Positions 25,804 through 39,044 of a DNA stretch of 64,000 nt are shown piece after piece. Position 1 is the first letter of the stretch; each line of letters starts with the position of its first letter. This DNA is from Laetmonice hystrix (Eukaryota), in contig OZ249446.1 in the NCBI GenBank assembly GCA_965235115.1, positions 7,688,001-7,752,000 on the forward strand, written 5' to 3'. The position numbers and the translations under genes are program-made. A model generated the notes under the pieces. That model saw only the letters and a list, made by a program, of their open reading frames with translations, ran no database searches and was not told where the DNA came from.

Positions 25804-28130
25804 GTTCCACCATGAGCTCCTTGGCGTCCTATTGAAGCAACATGTCTATTTAATCTGGTAATGGTGAGTGGTGAAGAACAGAGTGACCTTGACGAAGGCC
25901 CTGTGGTTGTAGGTCATTGTATTATCGGGACGTGGTCCACAGGTTGGTCCCAGTCCCGCCAGGACGGCTGGAGGAGGAGGCCCGGCTCACTGTGACTGCC
26001 TGGCCCTCCTTCCCGCCAGACAACATACATTGGTCCCAGTCCCGCCAGGACGGCTGGAGGAGGAGGCCCGGCTCACTGTGACTGCCTGGCCCTCCTTCCC
26101 GCCAGACAACATACATTGGTCCCAGTCCCGCCAGGACGGCTGGAGGAGGAGGCCCGGCTCACTGTGACTGCCTGGCCCTTCTTCCCACCAGACAACATAC
26201 ATTGGTCCCAGTCCCGCCAGGACGACTGGAGGAGGAGGCCCGGCTCACTGTGACTGCCTGGCCCTCCTTCCCACCAGACAACATACATTGGTCCCAGTCC
26301 CGCCAGGACAGCTGGAGGAGGAGGCCCGGCTCACTGTGACTGCCTGGCCCTCCTTCCCACCAGACAACATACATTGGTCCCAGTCCCGCCAGGACGGCAG
26401 GAGGAGGAGGCCCGGCTCACTGTGACTGCCTGGCCCTCCTTCCCGCCAGACAACATACATTGGTCCCAGTCCCGCCAGGACGGCTGGAGGAGGAGGCCCG
26501 GCTCACTGTGACTGCCTGGCCCTCCTCCCCGCCAGACAACATACATTGGTCCCAGTCCCGCCAGGACGGCTGGAGGAGGAGGCCCGGCTCACTGTGACTG
26601 CCTGGCCCTCCTTCCCGCCAGACAACATACATTGGTCCCAGTCCCGCCAGGACGACTGGAGGAGGAGGCCCGGCTCACTGTGACTGCCTGGCCCTCCTTC
26701 CCGCCAGACAACATACATTGGTCCCAGTCCCGCCAGGACGGCTGGAGGAGGAGGCCCGGCTCACTGTGACTGCCTGGCCCTCCTTCCCGCCAGACAACAT
26801 ACATTAGTCCCAGTCCCGCCAGGACGGCTGAAGGAGGAGGCCCGGCTCACTGTGACTGCCTGGCCCTCCTTCCCGCCAGACAACATACATTAGTCCCAGT
26901 CCCGCCAGGACGGCTGAAGGAGGAGGCCCGGCTCACTGTGACTGCCTGGCCCTCCTTCCCGCCAGACATGGTCCCAGTCCCGCCAGGACGGCTGGAGGAG
27001 GAGGCCCGGCTCACTGTGACTGCCTGGCCCTCCTTCCCGCCAGACAACATACATTGGTCCCAGTCCCGCCAGGACGGCTGGAGGAGGAGGCCCGGCTCAC
27101 TGTGACTGCCTGGCCCTCCTCCCCGCCAGACAACATACATTGGTCCCAGTCCCGCCAGGACGGCTGGAGGAGGAGGCCCGGCTCACTGTGACTGCCTGGC
27201 CCTCCTTCCCGCCAGACAACATACATTGGTCCCAGTCCCGCCAGGACGGCTGGAGGAGGAGGCCCGGCTCACTGTGACTGCCTGGCCCTCCTTCCCGCCA
27301 GACAACATACATTGGTCCCAGTCCCGCCAGGACGGCTGGAGGAGGAGGCCCGGCTCACTGTGACTGCCTGGCCCTCCTTCCCGCCAGACAACATACATTG
27401 GTCCCAGTCCCGCCCGGACGGCTGGAGGAGGAGGCCCGGCTCACTGTGACTGCCTGGCCCTCCTTCCCGCCAGACAACATACATTGGTCCCAGTCCCGCC
27501 AGGACGGCTGGAGAAGGAGGCCCGGCTCACTGTGACTGCCTGGCCCTCCTCCCCGCCAGACAACATACATTGGTCCCAGTCCCGCCAGGACGGCTGGAGG
27601 AGAAGGCCCGGCTCACTGTGACTGCCTGGCCCTCTTTCCCGCCAGACAACATACATTGGTCCCAGTCCCGCCAGGACGGCTGGAGGAGGAGGCCCGGCTC
27701 ACTGTGACTGCCTGGCCCTCTTTCCCGCCAGACAACATACATTGGTCCCAGTCCCGCCAGGACGGCTGGAGGAGAAGGCCCGGCTCACTGTGACTGCCTG
27801 GCCCTCTTTCCCGCCAGACAACATACATTGGTCCCAGTCCCGCCAGGACGGCTGGAGGAGGAGGCCCAGCTCACTGTGACTGCCTGGCCCTCCTTCCCCC
27901 AGACAACATACATTGGTCCCAGTCCCGCCAGGACGGATGGAGGAGGAGGCCCGGCTCACTGTGACTGCCTGGCCCTCCTTCCCGCCAGACAACATACATG
28001 AGTGTCCATTAGAGAGAGAGTTGACATCAGGAATCGTCAGGCACGACCGCCTCTGTTGACACACGACTACCACTCAGACATTTATACACACGGCCGCTCG
28101 ACCAATATTTCCAAACATATTGAACGTGCT
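25804..28130 (-). mobile_element. Decayed LINE RT remnant interrupted by the 86-bp array
   Basis: Minus strand: STFNM (cf. SAFNTI); array unit LSG..GQAVTVSRASSSS...TG (cf. LTGRPQxVRVG..TSS...TG); then YNDL..VK (cf. YTND...VKFADD); then FNRT.KELMVE (cf. LNxxKTKELIVD). Confidence 0.35.
25944..27998. repeat. Minisatellite, 86-bp unit x24
   Basis: Unit ttggtcccagtcccgccaggacggctggaggaggaggcccggctcactgtgactgcctggccctccttcccgccagacaacataca. One unit has an 8-bp deletion near 26968 and one has a 1-bp deletion near 27897. Source of the repeated 71-aa ORFs. Confidence 0.98.
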
Positions 28131-29805
28131 GCACTGGGTGCAGAAGACAACGAGTCTTGCCATCATGCTCCTCAGGGAGAATTGCTCGCCATGACTGCGC
28201 AGTCCACACAAATATAATAGTTAACGGAAATTAAGGAGCAGTAGTGACATGGGCCAGCAATGATCAGTGTCAGGTGATGCAGGTCGTGTACATGCATAAT
28301 TAAAGCTACAAAGCTAATTTTCAAGCTTCCTAGAGATGCTTGTTCTGGGATGAGGTTGCAGGTTGAAGCACGTCTGTGGAAGTCGTTGGAAGATTAGATT
28401 ATCATAATCAGACTGGATCAGACACAAGTATGTTAATTCAGATCCGATTAACCCCGGGTCACGTGGAGCCCCGTTTGTTATTGGTTATTAGGGTCATACC
28501 CCTCTTACTTTGTCGCTCCTTTGAACATGGATTTAAGGCAATTTGTTGACAGATTGAATATCCTTTTAGTCTGATATAAAACAACTCGATCCAATTATGT
28601 ATTTTCTGTCAGACATGGCCGGGGTTGATATCGGCCGTTGGATGATTGCTCCGTTATCATGAAACGGTGGCGAGAGAGGGAATGATGAATAGAGAAAGGG
28701 AGAGAGGATTGGTTGTTACATAGAGCGAGCTGTGGCAATACCTGGGTGTTAGTGTCAGTGATAATCCTACCTCCATCCGACATTCCTTACAGTGAGTAAT
28801 ACCTCAGGCGGTGGGACCGATCCCTCGCCGCTCAGACCTTTATAACCGCTAGCCACTGGCTGGGGGAGCGTCCATTTAGACGGGGGAGCTCCCTCAACCA
28901 GGGGCATGCACCCAAACTGATTGGTAGGGTGTGTCTGGCATGCAGAGCGCACACAGACCCTCACAATACATGCTTGCTCAGGCAATGACCGTGATTACAC
29001 TTGGTTTCAAGGTGCCGCCCCCTCCGCCTCCGAACAGAATTACATGTAACGGTAATTTCGGTCATTCCCCTCTATCAATTCCCGAGTGAAGTCTAACAAG
29101 ATCAAGCATGCCAAGCAACGTGGATTTGGTACTGACGAAAAAGAGAAATTTTCAGGATTAAAGCAGTTTGAGCGTTATTCTTTGACTTGATGTATCCCGG
29201 GCAGAGTAGCATGATTGTTCATGGGAATTTGAAGAAAACCTTCCTTTAAATCAGAGTGAGGAGCAGGCAGAGCATACTGAAAGCATGTCAAAATCTTAGT
29301 AATTTCCTTATCACAGGTTATAATTATACTCTTTAGGTTTTTGGCTTGAGAATATTGCTGAGGCGAATCAAATAGAGCTTGTTTTTATACGGAATGGAGA
29401 CGTCCGCACTCGTGAACAGTTGCCTTAGACTCTGTTCATGCCTCATTGAATACTGGAAAGTACTTGTGTTAATGGAAAAGACATGTTAGTTGTTCTACCC
29501 CCAGTCTTCACTGTCCTGGGACTCATTGTCTTCGGGCTTGGAGGATGCTTCTGCTGAAGTTACTTTGGTGATTTATCGACCTCGCCCTTCTCTGCTTTAT
29601 AGCTTCTTTTGTCTGGGAAATGTCAAGGTGGAACCTATTGACCGTTTAAAGGCCTTTAATAGCTGCTGAGGCCGAACTTCTTTTAGTCAAGGGACTTGAA
29701 AGTCACAGCATAACATGTCACTTTGGAAATCCTTATCAAAAAGGATAAAAAGGGGAAACGAAGAAAAGAAAACATGGTTTATGTTGACTGTCCAAGCAGA
29801 CGGCG

Positions 29806-30035
29806 GGTCGGTGTGACAAACGGGGCCGGGCAGGTCGGTCTGACAGGCAGGCCCGGGCAGGTCGGTTTGACAGGCGGGCCCGGGCAGGTCGGTCTGACAG
29901 GCGGGCTCCGGGCTGGGCAGGTCGGTCTGACAGGCGGGCTCCGGGCAGGTCGGTCTGACAGGCGGGCTCCGGGCAGGTCGGTCTGACAGGCGGGCTCGGG
30001 CAGGTCTGTCTGACAGGCGGGCTCCGGGCAGGTCG
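29806..30035. repeat. GC-rich minisatellite, 27-28-bp unit, about 8 copies
   Basis: Unit gggcaggtcggtctgacaggcgggc(t)cc. Confidence 0.93.
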
Positions 30036-33000
30036 ACTGATGGGCCGGGAGAGGCCGGGGAGACACTGAGATCGTGATTCGTCATCGACAGGATCAATCA
30101 GAGACCAATCGTCAAGGATCGGGCCTGTTCACCGGAGAACAGCACGCATTTATTGGTGATCTGCACTTGACGTATATTACAGTCTGTAGCTGATTTAGTA
30201 GGACAGGCTGGATTGTGGTGTTTATATTGACAGGTACGTACTGTTTACGGGATCACGTACAGACTGTTACGTGACGGAGCCGTTCAGGCTGTCTGTCATA
30301 GTACCCAGAGAGCAAACTTTGTTTATGGGCCTGCAGTGACGGTGCCAGTGATGGGTACGCTGTGGAGCTCCCCGAACATGTTTTACGACGTCTACCAAGG
30401 TTTCATTGGTCGACATTTTTAGGGGAATGTCTCCAAATAATTCTCAACTGGGCCTTGCATGGCGTCGTGGTCGACACTAATCATATTCAACCTTTCACGC
30501 TGCCTCACTTTCCGAGTCTGCTCTGCAGTTGTCTTTTTTGTCTCGGGTGGCTCCTGGCTTTGTGGGCTGGCTATACGGTCCTGAATGACTTAGTTAATTT
30601 TCACGAGTAAAAATCACATAAAACGTGTGCGTTTTTAGAATATTATTGCTCCTGGATATCCTGACCTCCTCCAATGTTTATAATATTATAATGTTGCGCT
30701 GTTTATATGATGTTGCGCTATAAAGAAGTCCTTGTAGTTGCATGATATGATTTTGTGACGATTAGAAGGGTCCGACTCCGTTTTCTAGATACAGAGGATG
30801 TTTGTCATTGACAGAATAGTTATTTCAAAAGCCAGCCCGAAAAAATATAACCTGCATATCACTTTACGTAATGCTGATTGTTGTGCCATGTTGAGAATGG
30901 ATCAACAAGATTATATATCAGACAGAAATCGGATATTTTCATCATGTAAATTACGTACCAAGATCTCTTTACTTCATTCGAAACTAGGTTTCCTGAGCCG
31001 TTTTTTTAATAATCCCGATATATTAGTGCAGATAAGCATTACGATTCTTTCCTGGATTAGAATTTCCGTCTTATTACAGCGAAAATATTGAGTTAAAAGA
31101 TTAAGTTTACCTCCTGGTGGATTTAGAGATAGGAGGATTGTTTGTGTTGTCGTTTTTATTGTACGCCCGCCGCGATTGGTCGATTCCACATCACGTGATC
31201 GCGAATGACGATCGTATTATAATATCCTGTCAGAAATTCCTATTGAAAGTCAATATGAGTTTCAAACACAAGGAACACCTATACGTTCATCCATTTATCC
31301 ACAGTGGTCCTAGAATACAACAAATAAAGCACTTTGTATCGTGTATTATGACAATATATTGCACTCCGCCAAGTGTGATATTGGTATAGTGGCATTGACA
31401 CATTGCTAAATGGTTAAATCAGTAATGGAACAAATTTGCGAGGATTGTTGAGGTCAGTGTGGTGAGTTGTTGCTGGGTCATCCGGCCCAATCCCCCACCC
31501 CCACCCCCATGGGGAGGGTAGTTATAAGTGGGGTGTCAGGATGGTGACGGGCCCCCCCAAGGGGATCCTCACCCACACAGCCAGCACTAGTTACGGTTGT
31601 CAGACACGATGATGAGGGATGTTGGCGCAGTGATCGATAGGATGGACCGCACCACACCCAGTCGTCTCCCTCCGCCACCCCTTGACCCCCGGACCCTTTA
31701 CCCCAGCATCGACCGCCCAAGGATACCCCCTCGAGCCGAGACACCATCTGCTGTAGTTGATAACTAACCAGCACGATCAGTTGATAGAAAGAAGTGCCAA
31801 GTCGTGGTCGAATGAACCGAATTGGATCAGGAGGCGAGCACAATTGACACTGCTGGTTATTTATGTATAAGCCAGTTTTAAAGATCATTATGACTCAGGG
31901 ATTGTTGCCACATTTTTAAAATGATGTGTGCTGCTTTGTGTAACGTTTCTCAGTGTTACTCAGAGATAAGTTTACCCGTTTGACAATAAATGAGCTGGAG
32001 ACGATAAAAGCAGTAGCGGCGGCGTGATTTACGGTACGGGGTACGATTTCTGCGATTATTTACCATGTAAATTATTTTTCATGGGTTGGCTGAGTTTGTC
32101 TGGCGTGTTCAGGCTCTGCTGCGAGCATCGCAGTTTTTTCTTCCAAGCGTGTAGAAAGTTTGAAAAAGTTATTGTACATAGTGGTAATGGGTTTCTGTGT
32201 ACTATCCCGAGCATGACATATTTACAGACACTGAGAGAGGATGGATTGTTGGAGGCTTGCGTCGTTTTTTACCCTTATATAGAATTTGAAGAACGAAGAA
32301 GATATTTCATTAGTGCAGTGTGATATATTCAGTTTAATGCAATAACGAGTTGTTCAGCCTTTAATTATTAGAAATCGAAGGCTGGGGGCAGGAGTTCTAC
32401 ATTTAGTTCTACAGAAATGTAGGGACACGTAGGCAACCATTACCATCATTTCATTGTGGATGGTTCGTATACTCCACTAGCTGGCAGGGTCGTTGTCAGC
32501 AGACGCAGGACCTGATGACGTTCATGAGTCCGCCTACGTATACAGGCATACAAATGTTAGGGCACATCAGCTGCCACGTACTGGCATGTACCACACATAC
32601 ATGTATGCACAACCATCCTGGATGGGGGCAAACGTCGGGATATTTATAGTGAATAAGACAGAACAAGATGGTAACATTTTGATTGGTGTACCAGTACGGT
32701 CTCGGTATATTTGTTATATCCACAGAGTCTCACAGAATGTGGATTGTATGTCATGTTAGAGAACTTCCATGCATGTCTGTATTTTGTTAGAATATCACGT
32801 CAGTTAGGAAAGTCTACCGATAAATCCGTCAGTGATTGGTGGTCTGAAAGGGCGTGGGTATTGTGAAAACCATGAGGAAGTGGTTAATAATTTACATGGC
32901 AGGATTTAAAAACTCCGAGACCTTTGTTGATTTTGACATTTGAAGGGGTCACCGACTAATTAAAACAGCCAGTGGGTTCCCTGTCCTCTTGGTGAAAGGT

Positions 33001-35023
33001 GCCAATCAGCGGCACCTTTAGTCAGGCCCAGGCCTTGTCACAGTGGGGAAACAACGCCACTTCTTATTGGATGCGGCATGGAGCTGATTTACGGTGCCAG
33101 CGAGGTGTTGATGCCAAGGGGGCCATGAGGGCATTGTGGCCTGCCCGGGCTAACAACGGCCATGTCCACAGGAGGAAGGGAGGGGGTCGCTTCCCGCCCT
33201 GGAGGGCAGTCTGAGCAAACGTACAGGGACCCTGCTCCAGGTGGAGGGGGTCTCCCCCCGGAGACACTGTGTGAGGGCGTGGTGGGGGTCGCTGAAGGCC
33301 TGTTACAGGGCAACGAGCCCTTGTCACATATCGGAAAGAATAGAGTGTTGTCCCGGTGTGCGAGTTTGTTCCGACCAAGACGTATAATGTAGCTAAGTTC
33401 AGAACGATTTTTGTCGAAGAAATCAATAGGAAAGGGACATTGGTCAGTTGTCCCACATAACTAGTTATGGACTACTGGTGCGCTTAATTAGGATCCCTTC
33501 AACCGGGAGTAATTTAGCAAGCAGGGATCTATAAATATCTAACTGTGTCTGCCATATCCCTGGGTTATTTTGGAGGATAGGAGGGCGAGTAGGATTCTGA
33601 GAGTGATGTGACGTCAATTATTGAATGACATTGATTTCCTCAGGCCAACCACGGCTGTTAACTAAATGTAAATCTTACAGTATGGAGCTTGATGTAGCAA
33701 GGGAATGGAATCATCCATTCAGCCAGCCGATTGGCTGTCAGAGAGCCTGGTTCTGATTGGTTGTTGATAACCTTTGACCTGAGAAGATTATGAATGAAGG
33801 CTGGACAGTTAGATGGATGCGTGGTGACCTAACCCTGTTTTGTCGTTCATTGCCACATTGGCACCCGACGAATCCGCGTTTCGTTGAAAGGCAGCGTGAA
33901 ATCTAAATTGTATAGTTGCTACCCCCCCCCCCCCCCACACACACACACATTAAAAGCCTAAAGTGATACACCCCACATCTGCTTGATACACATGTATAAG
34001 TCAAAGTTGTAATGCAACATATATGTCTTCCTTTTTATCAGACTGAGCAGAGAGATCAAATATGGCCGTGGAGAAAGCTGTAGGGAGGTCTATATTATAG
34101 GAAGTATAATAGTACTATACGATTGACACGAGTTTAACAAACTATATACTGTAGATACTGCTTGAAAATGTGTCAGAAAAACGTGGAGTCAGAATCTTGT
34201 AGCCAAGAGGAAATTGCTTCATTGATTCCGGCAGGTGTGTGGCATGTATCAGAGGCGAGCAGGTACTTGGAGCGTCAGCCTCAGTCGCCCGGCCACTGCC
34301 GCCTAGTAGTACACGACAAGTGGGGTTTGCTGCAGGAGCTGCTACCGCACGACCGAATAATGGTGGTTGTGGCGGGCGGGTGTCATCTGCTCGACAAAGC
34401 ATGAAATCTACCGTCTAAGGACATGTTAAACCCTAGACGCCAACACAGACCAACACAGGGATTAATATCGGGTGGATATTGTAACATATGCAACACATAC
34501 TTGTCGGCAATAAGGGGAGCCCAGTGCTGGATTGAGCAAGATTTGGGTTCATACGTTCTTTGTGATTGAGAGTCAGTCCTCGCTTAGCTTGTTAACTGAC
34601 AACTCCTCCAGGCTGTCCACAGATGTTGCTTTCTGTCACTCAAGTGTTATGAATATTTTAGAGTCACTCCTTTTGGTCACTGTGCCCAGTGCGCAATGGT
34701 AGGCTCTGGAGAAGTTATCCCTACGGAAAGCTGTCATTGTTTATGGGTAGGAACCCGGTGTGGGTGGCGCCCTGGGCCAGGAGCTGTCAGTTATTGTGAA
34801 CCAGGTATGTAACTTTGTAAGACCTGTGAGGAGCGTCTGCCAGGCGTCTGTCCGCTATGACGGAGTGGCTCGAGGATGGATGTGGAGGCAGGTAGTGGAC
34901 GACAGACCTGGTCGTTTGTGACCCGTCCTGGTCCGGCCTGATCGGCGTCAATGTTTAATGATGGTGGGCACGCCAGGCTGGCTGACATCTCCGCCTGCTC
35001 GGCTCCGATCGCTGCCTAACTCA

Positions 35024-35440
35024 AGCTCCGACCCCAGTCCTGGCCTTAGTCCTTGCTACAGCTCCGACCCCAGTCATGGTCCCAGTCCTCGGCCCAGCTC
35101 CGTCCCTAGCTCCGACCCCAGTCATGGTCCCAGTCCTTGCCCCATTCCTCACCCCAGCTCCGACCCCAGTCCTGGCCACAGCTTCGACCTCAGACCTCGT
35201 CCCAGTCCCTGCCTCGCCCCAGCTCCGATCCCAGTCCCTGCCTCGCCCCTGTTCCGACCCCAGTCCCTGCCTCGCCCCTGTTCCGACCCCAATCTTGGTC
35301 CCAGTCCCTGCCTCGCCCCAGCTCCGATTCAAGTCCCTGCCTCGCCCCAGCTCCGATCCCAGTCCCTGCCTCGCCCCTGTTCCGACCCCAGTCCTGGTCC
35401 CAGTCCCTGCCTCGCCCCAGCTCCGATCCCAGTCCTTGCC
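35024..35440. repeat. Imperfect C-rich minisatellite, about 29-bp unit
   Basis: tccgaccccagtccctgcctcgcccc(a/t)g(c/t) repeats at 35224, 35253 and 35282, with about 10-bp insertion variants. Explains the Pro-rich ORFs at 34958-35505. Confidence 0.9.
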
Positions 35441-35987
35441 ACCATGGTTACTCCTCCGGCCGAGCGCAGCTCATGAATCACGTGACATTGGGAGATGAGA
35501 GATGATGCAGCTTAGTGCCGCCAGGAGGACTGGTGCGCTGGTCCCCAGTCCCACCTGAGGGTCGGGGTAGGGGAAGTAGGCAATGTGAGTGGGGTTTGGG
35601 TGGTCAGAGCCAAGTGGTATGAGTGCCAAACACCATCAGAGCAGCGAGCAGTCACAGTTCATGCGGCGTCGAGTTCGGTTTCCCTCGGTATGATTGAGTG
35701 TCGTTGATTGGTTACAATCATCACGAGTTAGTCAACCGTCGACCAATCATGACCGCCGTCTCAGTCAATGTGTTTCAAAACCCAGAAAGGCGTAAAACGC
35801 TTGCAAGTTGCAGAGCTTGGTATTATTTATGGGATGTATGTATCTTTCCTGTAACTTTTCTTTAAGAGAAACTGGGCTGATGGAGCGCTATTAAACGTAA
35901 ACCTAATTAGGACCCTTCTTACTTCCTCTTATCAGCAAAGTGGTAATCTTTCCGATCGAAGTGAAATGGGTTTACTTAGTTAAAAGA

Positions 35988-37631
35988 ATCGGGAGGTCAG
36001 TGAGGTATCATGGACCGAGTCAGTGTTAGGATCAGGGGTTTTATGTGTGCATGAAGATCGGGAGGTTAGTGAGGTATCATGGACCGAGTCAGTGTTAGGA
36101 TCAGGGGTTTTATGTGTGCATGAAGATCGGGAGGTCAATGAGGTATCATGGACCGAGTCAGTGTTAGGATCAGGGGTTTTATGTGTGCATGAAGATCGGG
36201 AGGTCAGTGAGGTATCATGGACCGAGTCAGTGTTAGGATCAGGGGTTTTATGTGTGCATGAAGATCGGGAGGTCAGTGAGGTATCATGGACCGAGTCAGT
36301 GTTAGGATCAGGGGTTTTATGTGTGCATGAAGATCGGGAGGTTAGTGAGGTATCATGGACCGAGTCAGTGTTAGGATCAGGGGTTTTATGTGTGCATGAA
36401 GATCGGGAGGTCAGTGAGGTATCATGGACCGATTCAGTGTTAGGATCAGGGGTTTTGTGTGTGCATGAAGATCGGGAGGTCAGTGAGGTATCATGGACCG
36501 AGTCAGTGTTAGGATCAGGGGTTTTATGTGTGCATGAAGATCGGGAGGTCAGTGAGGTATCATGGACCGAGTCAGTGTTAGGATCATGGGTTTTATGTGT
36601 GCATGAAGATCGGGAGGTCAGTGAGGTATCATGGACCGAGTCAGTGTTAGGATCATGGGTTTTATGTGTGCATGAAGATCGGGAGGTCAGTGAGGTATCA
36701 TGGACCGAGTCAGTGTTAGGATCAGGGGTTTTATGTGTGCATGAAGATCGGGAGGTCAGTGAGGTATCATGGACCGAGTCAGTGTTAGGATCAGGGGTTT
36801 TATGTGTGCATGAAGATCGGGAGGTCAGTGAGGTATCAGGGACCGAGTCAGTGTTAGGATCAGGGGTTTTGTGTGTGCATGAAGATCGGGAGGTCAGTGA
36901 GGTATCATGGACCGAGTCAGTGTTAGGATCAGGGGTTTTATGTGTGCATGAAGATCGGGAGGTCAGTGAGGTATCAGGGACCGAGTCAGTGTTAGGATCA
37001 GGGGTTTTATGTGTGCATGAAGATCGGGAGGTCAGTGAGGTATCATGGACCGAGTCAGTGTTAGGATCAGGGGTTTTATGTGTGCGTGAAGATCGGGAGG
37101 TCAGTGAGGTATCATGGACCGAGTCAGTGTTAGGATCAGGGGTTTTGTGTGTGCATGAAGATCGGGAGGTCAGTGAGGTATCATGGACCGAGTCAGTGTT
37201 AGGATCAGGGGTTTTGTGTGTGCATGAAGATCGGGAGGTCAGTGAGGTATCATGGACCGAGTCAGTGTTAGGATCAGGGGTTTTGTGTGTGCATGAAGAT
37301 CGGGAGGTCAGTGAGGTATCATGGACCGAGTCAGTGTTAGGATCAGGGGTTTTATGTGTGCATGAAGATCGGGAGGTCAGTGAGGTATCATGGACCGAGT
37401 CAGTGTTAGGATCAGGGGTTTTATGTGTGCATGAAGATCGGGAGGTCAGTGAGGTATCATGGACCGAGTCAGTGTTAGGATCAGGGGTTTTATGTGTGCA
37501 TGAAGATCGGGAGGTCAGTGAGGTATCATGAGGTCAGTGAGGTATCATGGACCGAGTCAGTGTTAGGATCAGGGGTTTTATGTGCGCATGAAGATCGGGA
37601 GGTCAGTGAGGTATCATGGACCGAGTCAGTG
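35988..37631. repeat. Minisatellite, 69-bp unit, about 23.5 copies
   Basis: Unit gatcgggaggtcagtgaggtatcatggaccgagtcagtgttaggatcaggggttttatgtgtgcatgaa. Internal 19-bp duplication at 37511-37548. Source of the 502-aa ORF. Confidence 0.98.
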
Positions 37632-37999
37632 CAATAACAAGCAAAGGGAGTCTGTGGGTTCGATTATAGGTCGTATTTCCAGAGCATATTTCTGTCATCA
37701 AATTTGTATTGGACTCGGTTGGTGTCCACGCTTGGAATACTCTGGCCGCTGAGTTAGATTCAGCGGGTGGTGGGAGGGTCGTGTTACGTCCTGTCAGGAC
37801 GGGGCGTTTGTTCTGTCCGCTGAGGATGATGATGGCATGAGACAGAAGAAACCCGCACACCGGGTCAAGGCCCTCTCATCGGTAAGTGGTAAGGGCTCCT
37901 TTACGTGCAACACGTGCATAGACACAGTGTTACACACCCAGGCCTCAATAAACCAGTGGCCCCCTGTAGTCCCAGGGTATGTATGTGACCGTCCGTTGA

Positions 38000-38164
38000 C
38001 TGTGGGTACGGGAGGGGCATGGGTGTGGGGAGATATCCATCCGCGGCTGAACGACGGGCCGGGGCCTCAGACAATGAGTAACAGGTCTGTGGGTACGGGA
38101 GGGGCATGGGTGTGGGGAGATATCCATCCGCGGCTGAACGACGGGCCGGGGCAATGAGCAACAG
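38000..38164. repeat. Tandem duplication, 87-bp period
   Basis: ctgtgggtacgggaggggcatgggtgtggggagatatccatccgcggctgaacgacgggccggggc at 38000 and 38087. Confidence 0.92.
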
Positions 38165-38958
38165 AGACAAGTGGATGGCAATATGTGATGTAAATTATTA
38201 ACGCCATGGAGCACAGACAGGAGAGACAGCGTTCTGATGAATGAGAAGGCACCTAAATAGTCGGTCTCACTGCTCTTCCCCTGGACGGTTTGTTCTAAAG
38301 CTTTCATCGACGTCATGAGTGAATCGCCAGTCAGCTGCACAGATCTCTTCTGAGTATGTGATTTTGAAGTGGCCAGTCTTTGGCATACTACCCTCTTAGA
38401 CAGGTTGTCTTGCCAACAAAAGCAGAAATGGATCGGTACAACCCCTCCTGTGCCAGAAATAATGGACTCTTCTTCCCAGCTATGAACTGAATTGATATAT
38501 TTTCCTTTGTGTCAGGAGTTCTAAGAAAACATTAAGTAGATAACTACGTCATATCGAAGCCTTGTGTCCATTTTTTTCAGGAAGGTCTAGCTTCATAGAA
38601 GGTAATCTGACGGCAAAAAGAATCTCAATCTGTATCTCAGTATAATTTTGTATGCTGTGATTTCTGGTATAATTTTGCCTTATTTAAGCGTGATGGAGAT
38701 GCATTATTCAGATAGCAGATACCTCATCTACATGTTTTTCCAGTAACGGTCTGTAGAAAATGGCCAGGTATGCCCTGACGTACTTGTATGCCTCCATGTT
38801 CCCGCCTGCCAGTACCCACAATGATATCTGATTAAGTCTGTGTCAAGTTACTGCTATTTGCTTGGATAGTGCAGTGCATTCAGTCAATGCAGCCAGAATC
38901 AGTAGTTAGCCAGTGTGGGTCTCCCGAGTCTGATAGAGACAAGTATTGCACACGACAT

Positions 38959-39044
38959 TGATATCTAAGGTTGATTCCGTAGATACAGTGATATATGAGG
39001 TTGATTCCGTAGATACAGTGATATCTAAGGTTGACTCCGTAGAT
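38959..39044. repeat. Tandem repeat, 30-bp unit, about 3 copies
   Basis: gatatctaaggttgattccgtagatacagt at 38960, 38990 and 39020. Confidence 0.92.

Noticed and set aside
25922-28073. Many 71-aa ORFs as a gene family, or the array as a CRISPR
   Set aside because: One ORF per satellite unit. No array in the window has unique spacers, and there are no cas genes.
36023-37531. 502-aa ORF as a repeat protein
   Set aside because: It lies entirely within the 69-bp (3n) array and has no unique N- or C-terminal domain. One minus-strand frame is also stop-free. No clear splice or expression evidence.
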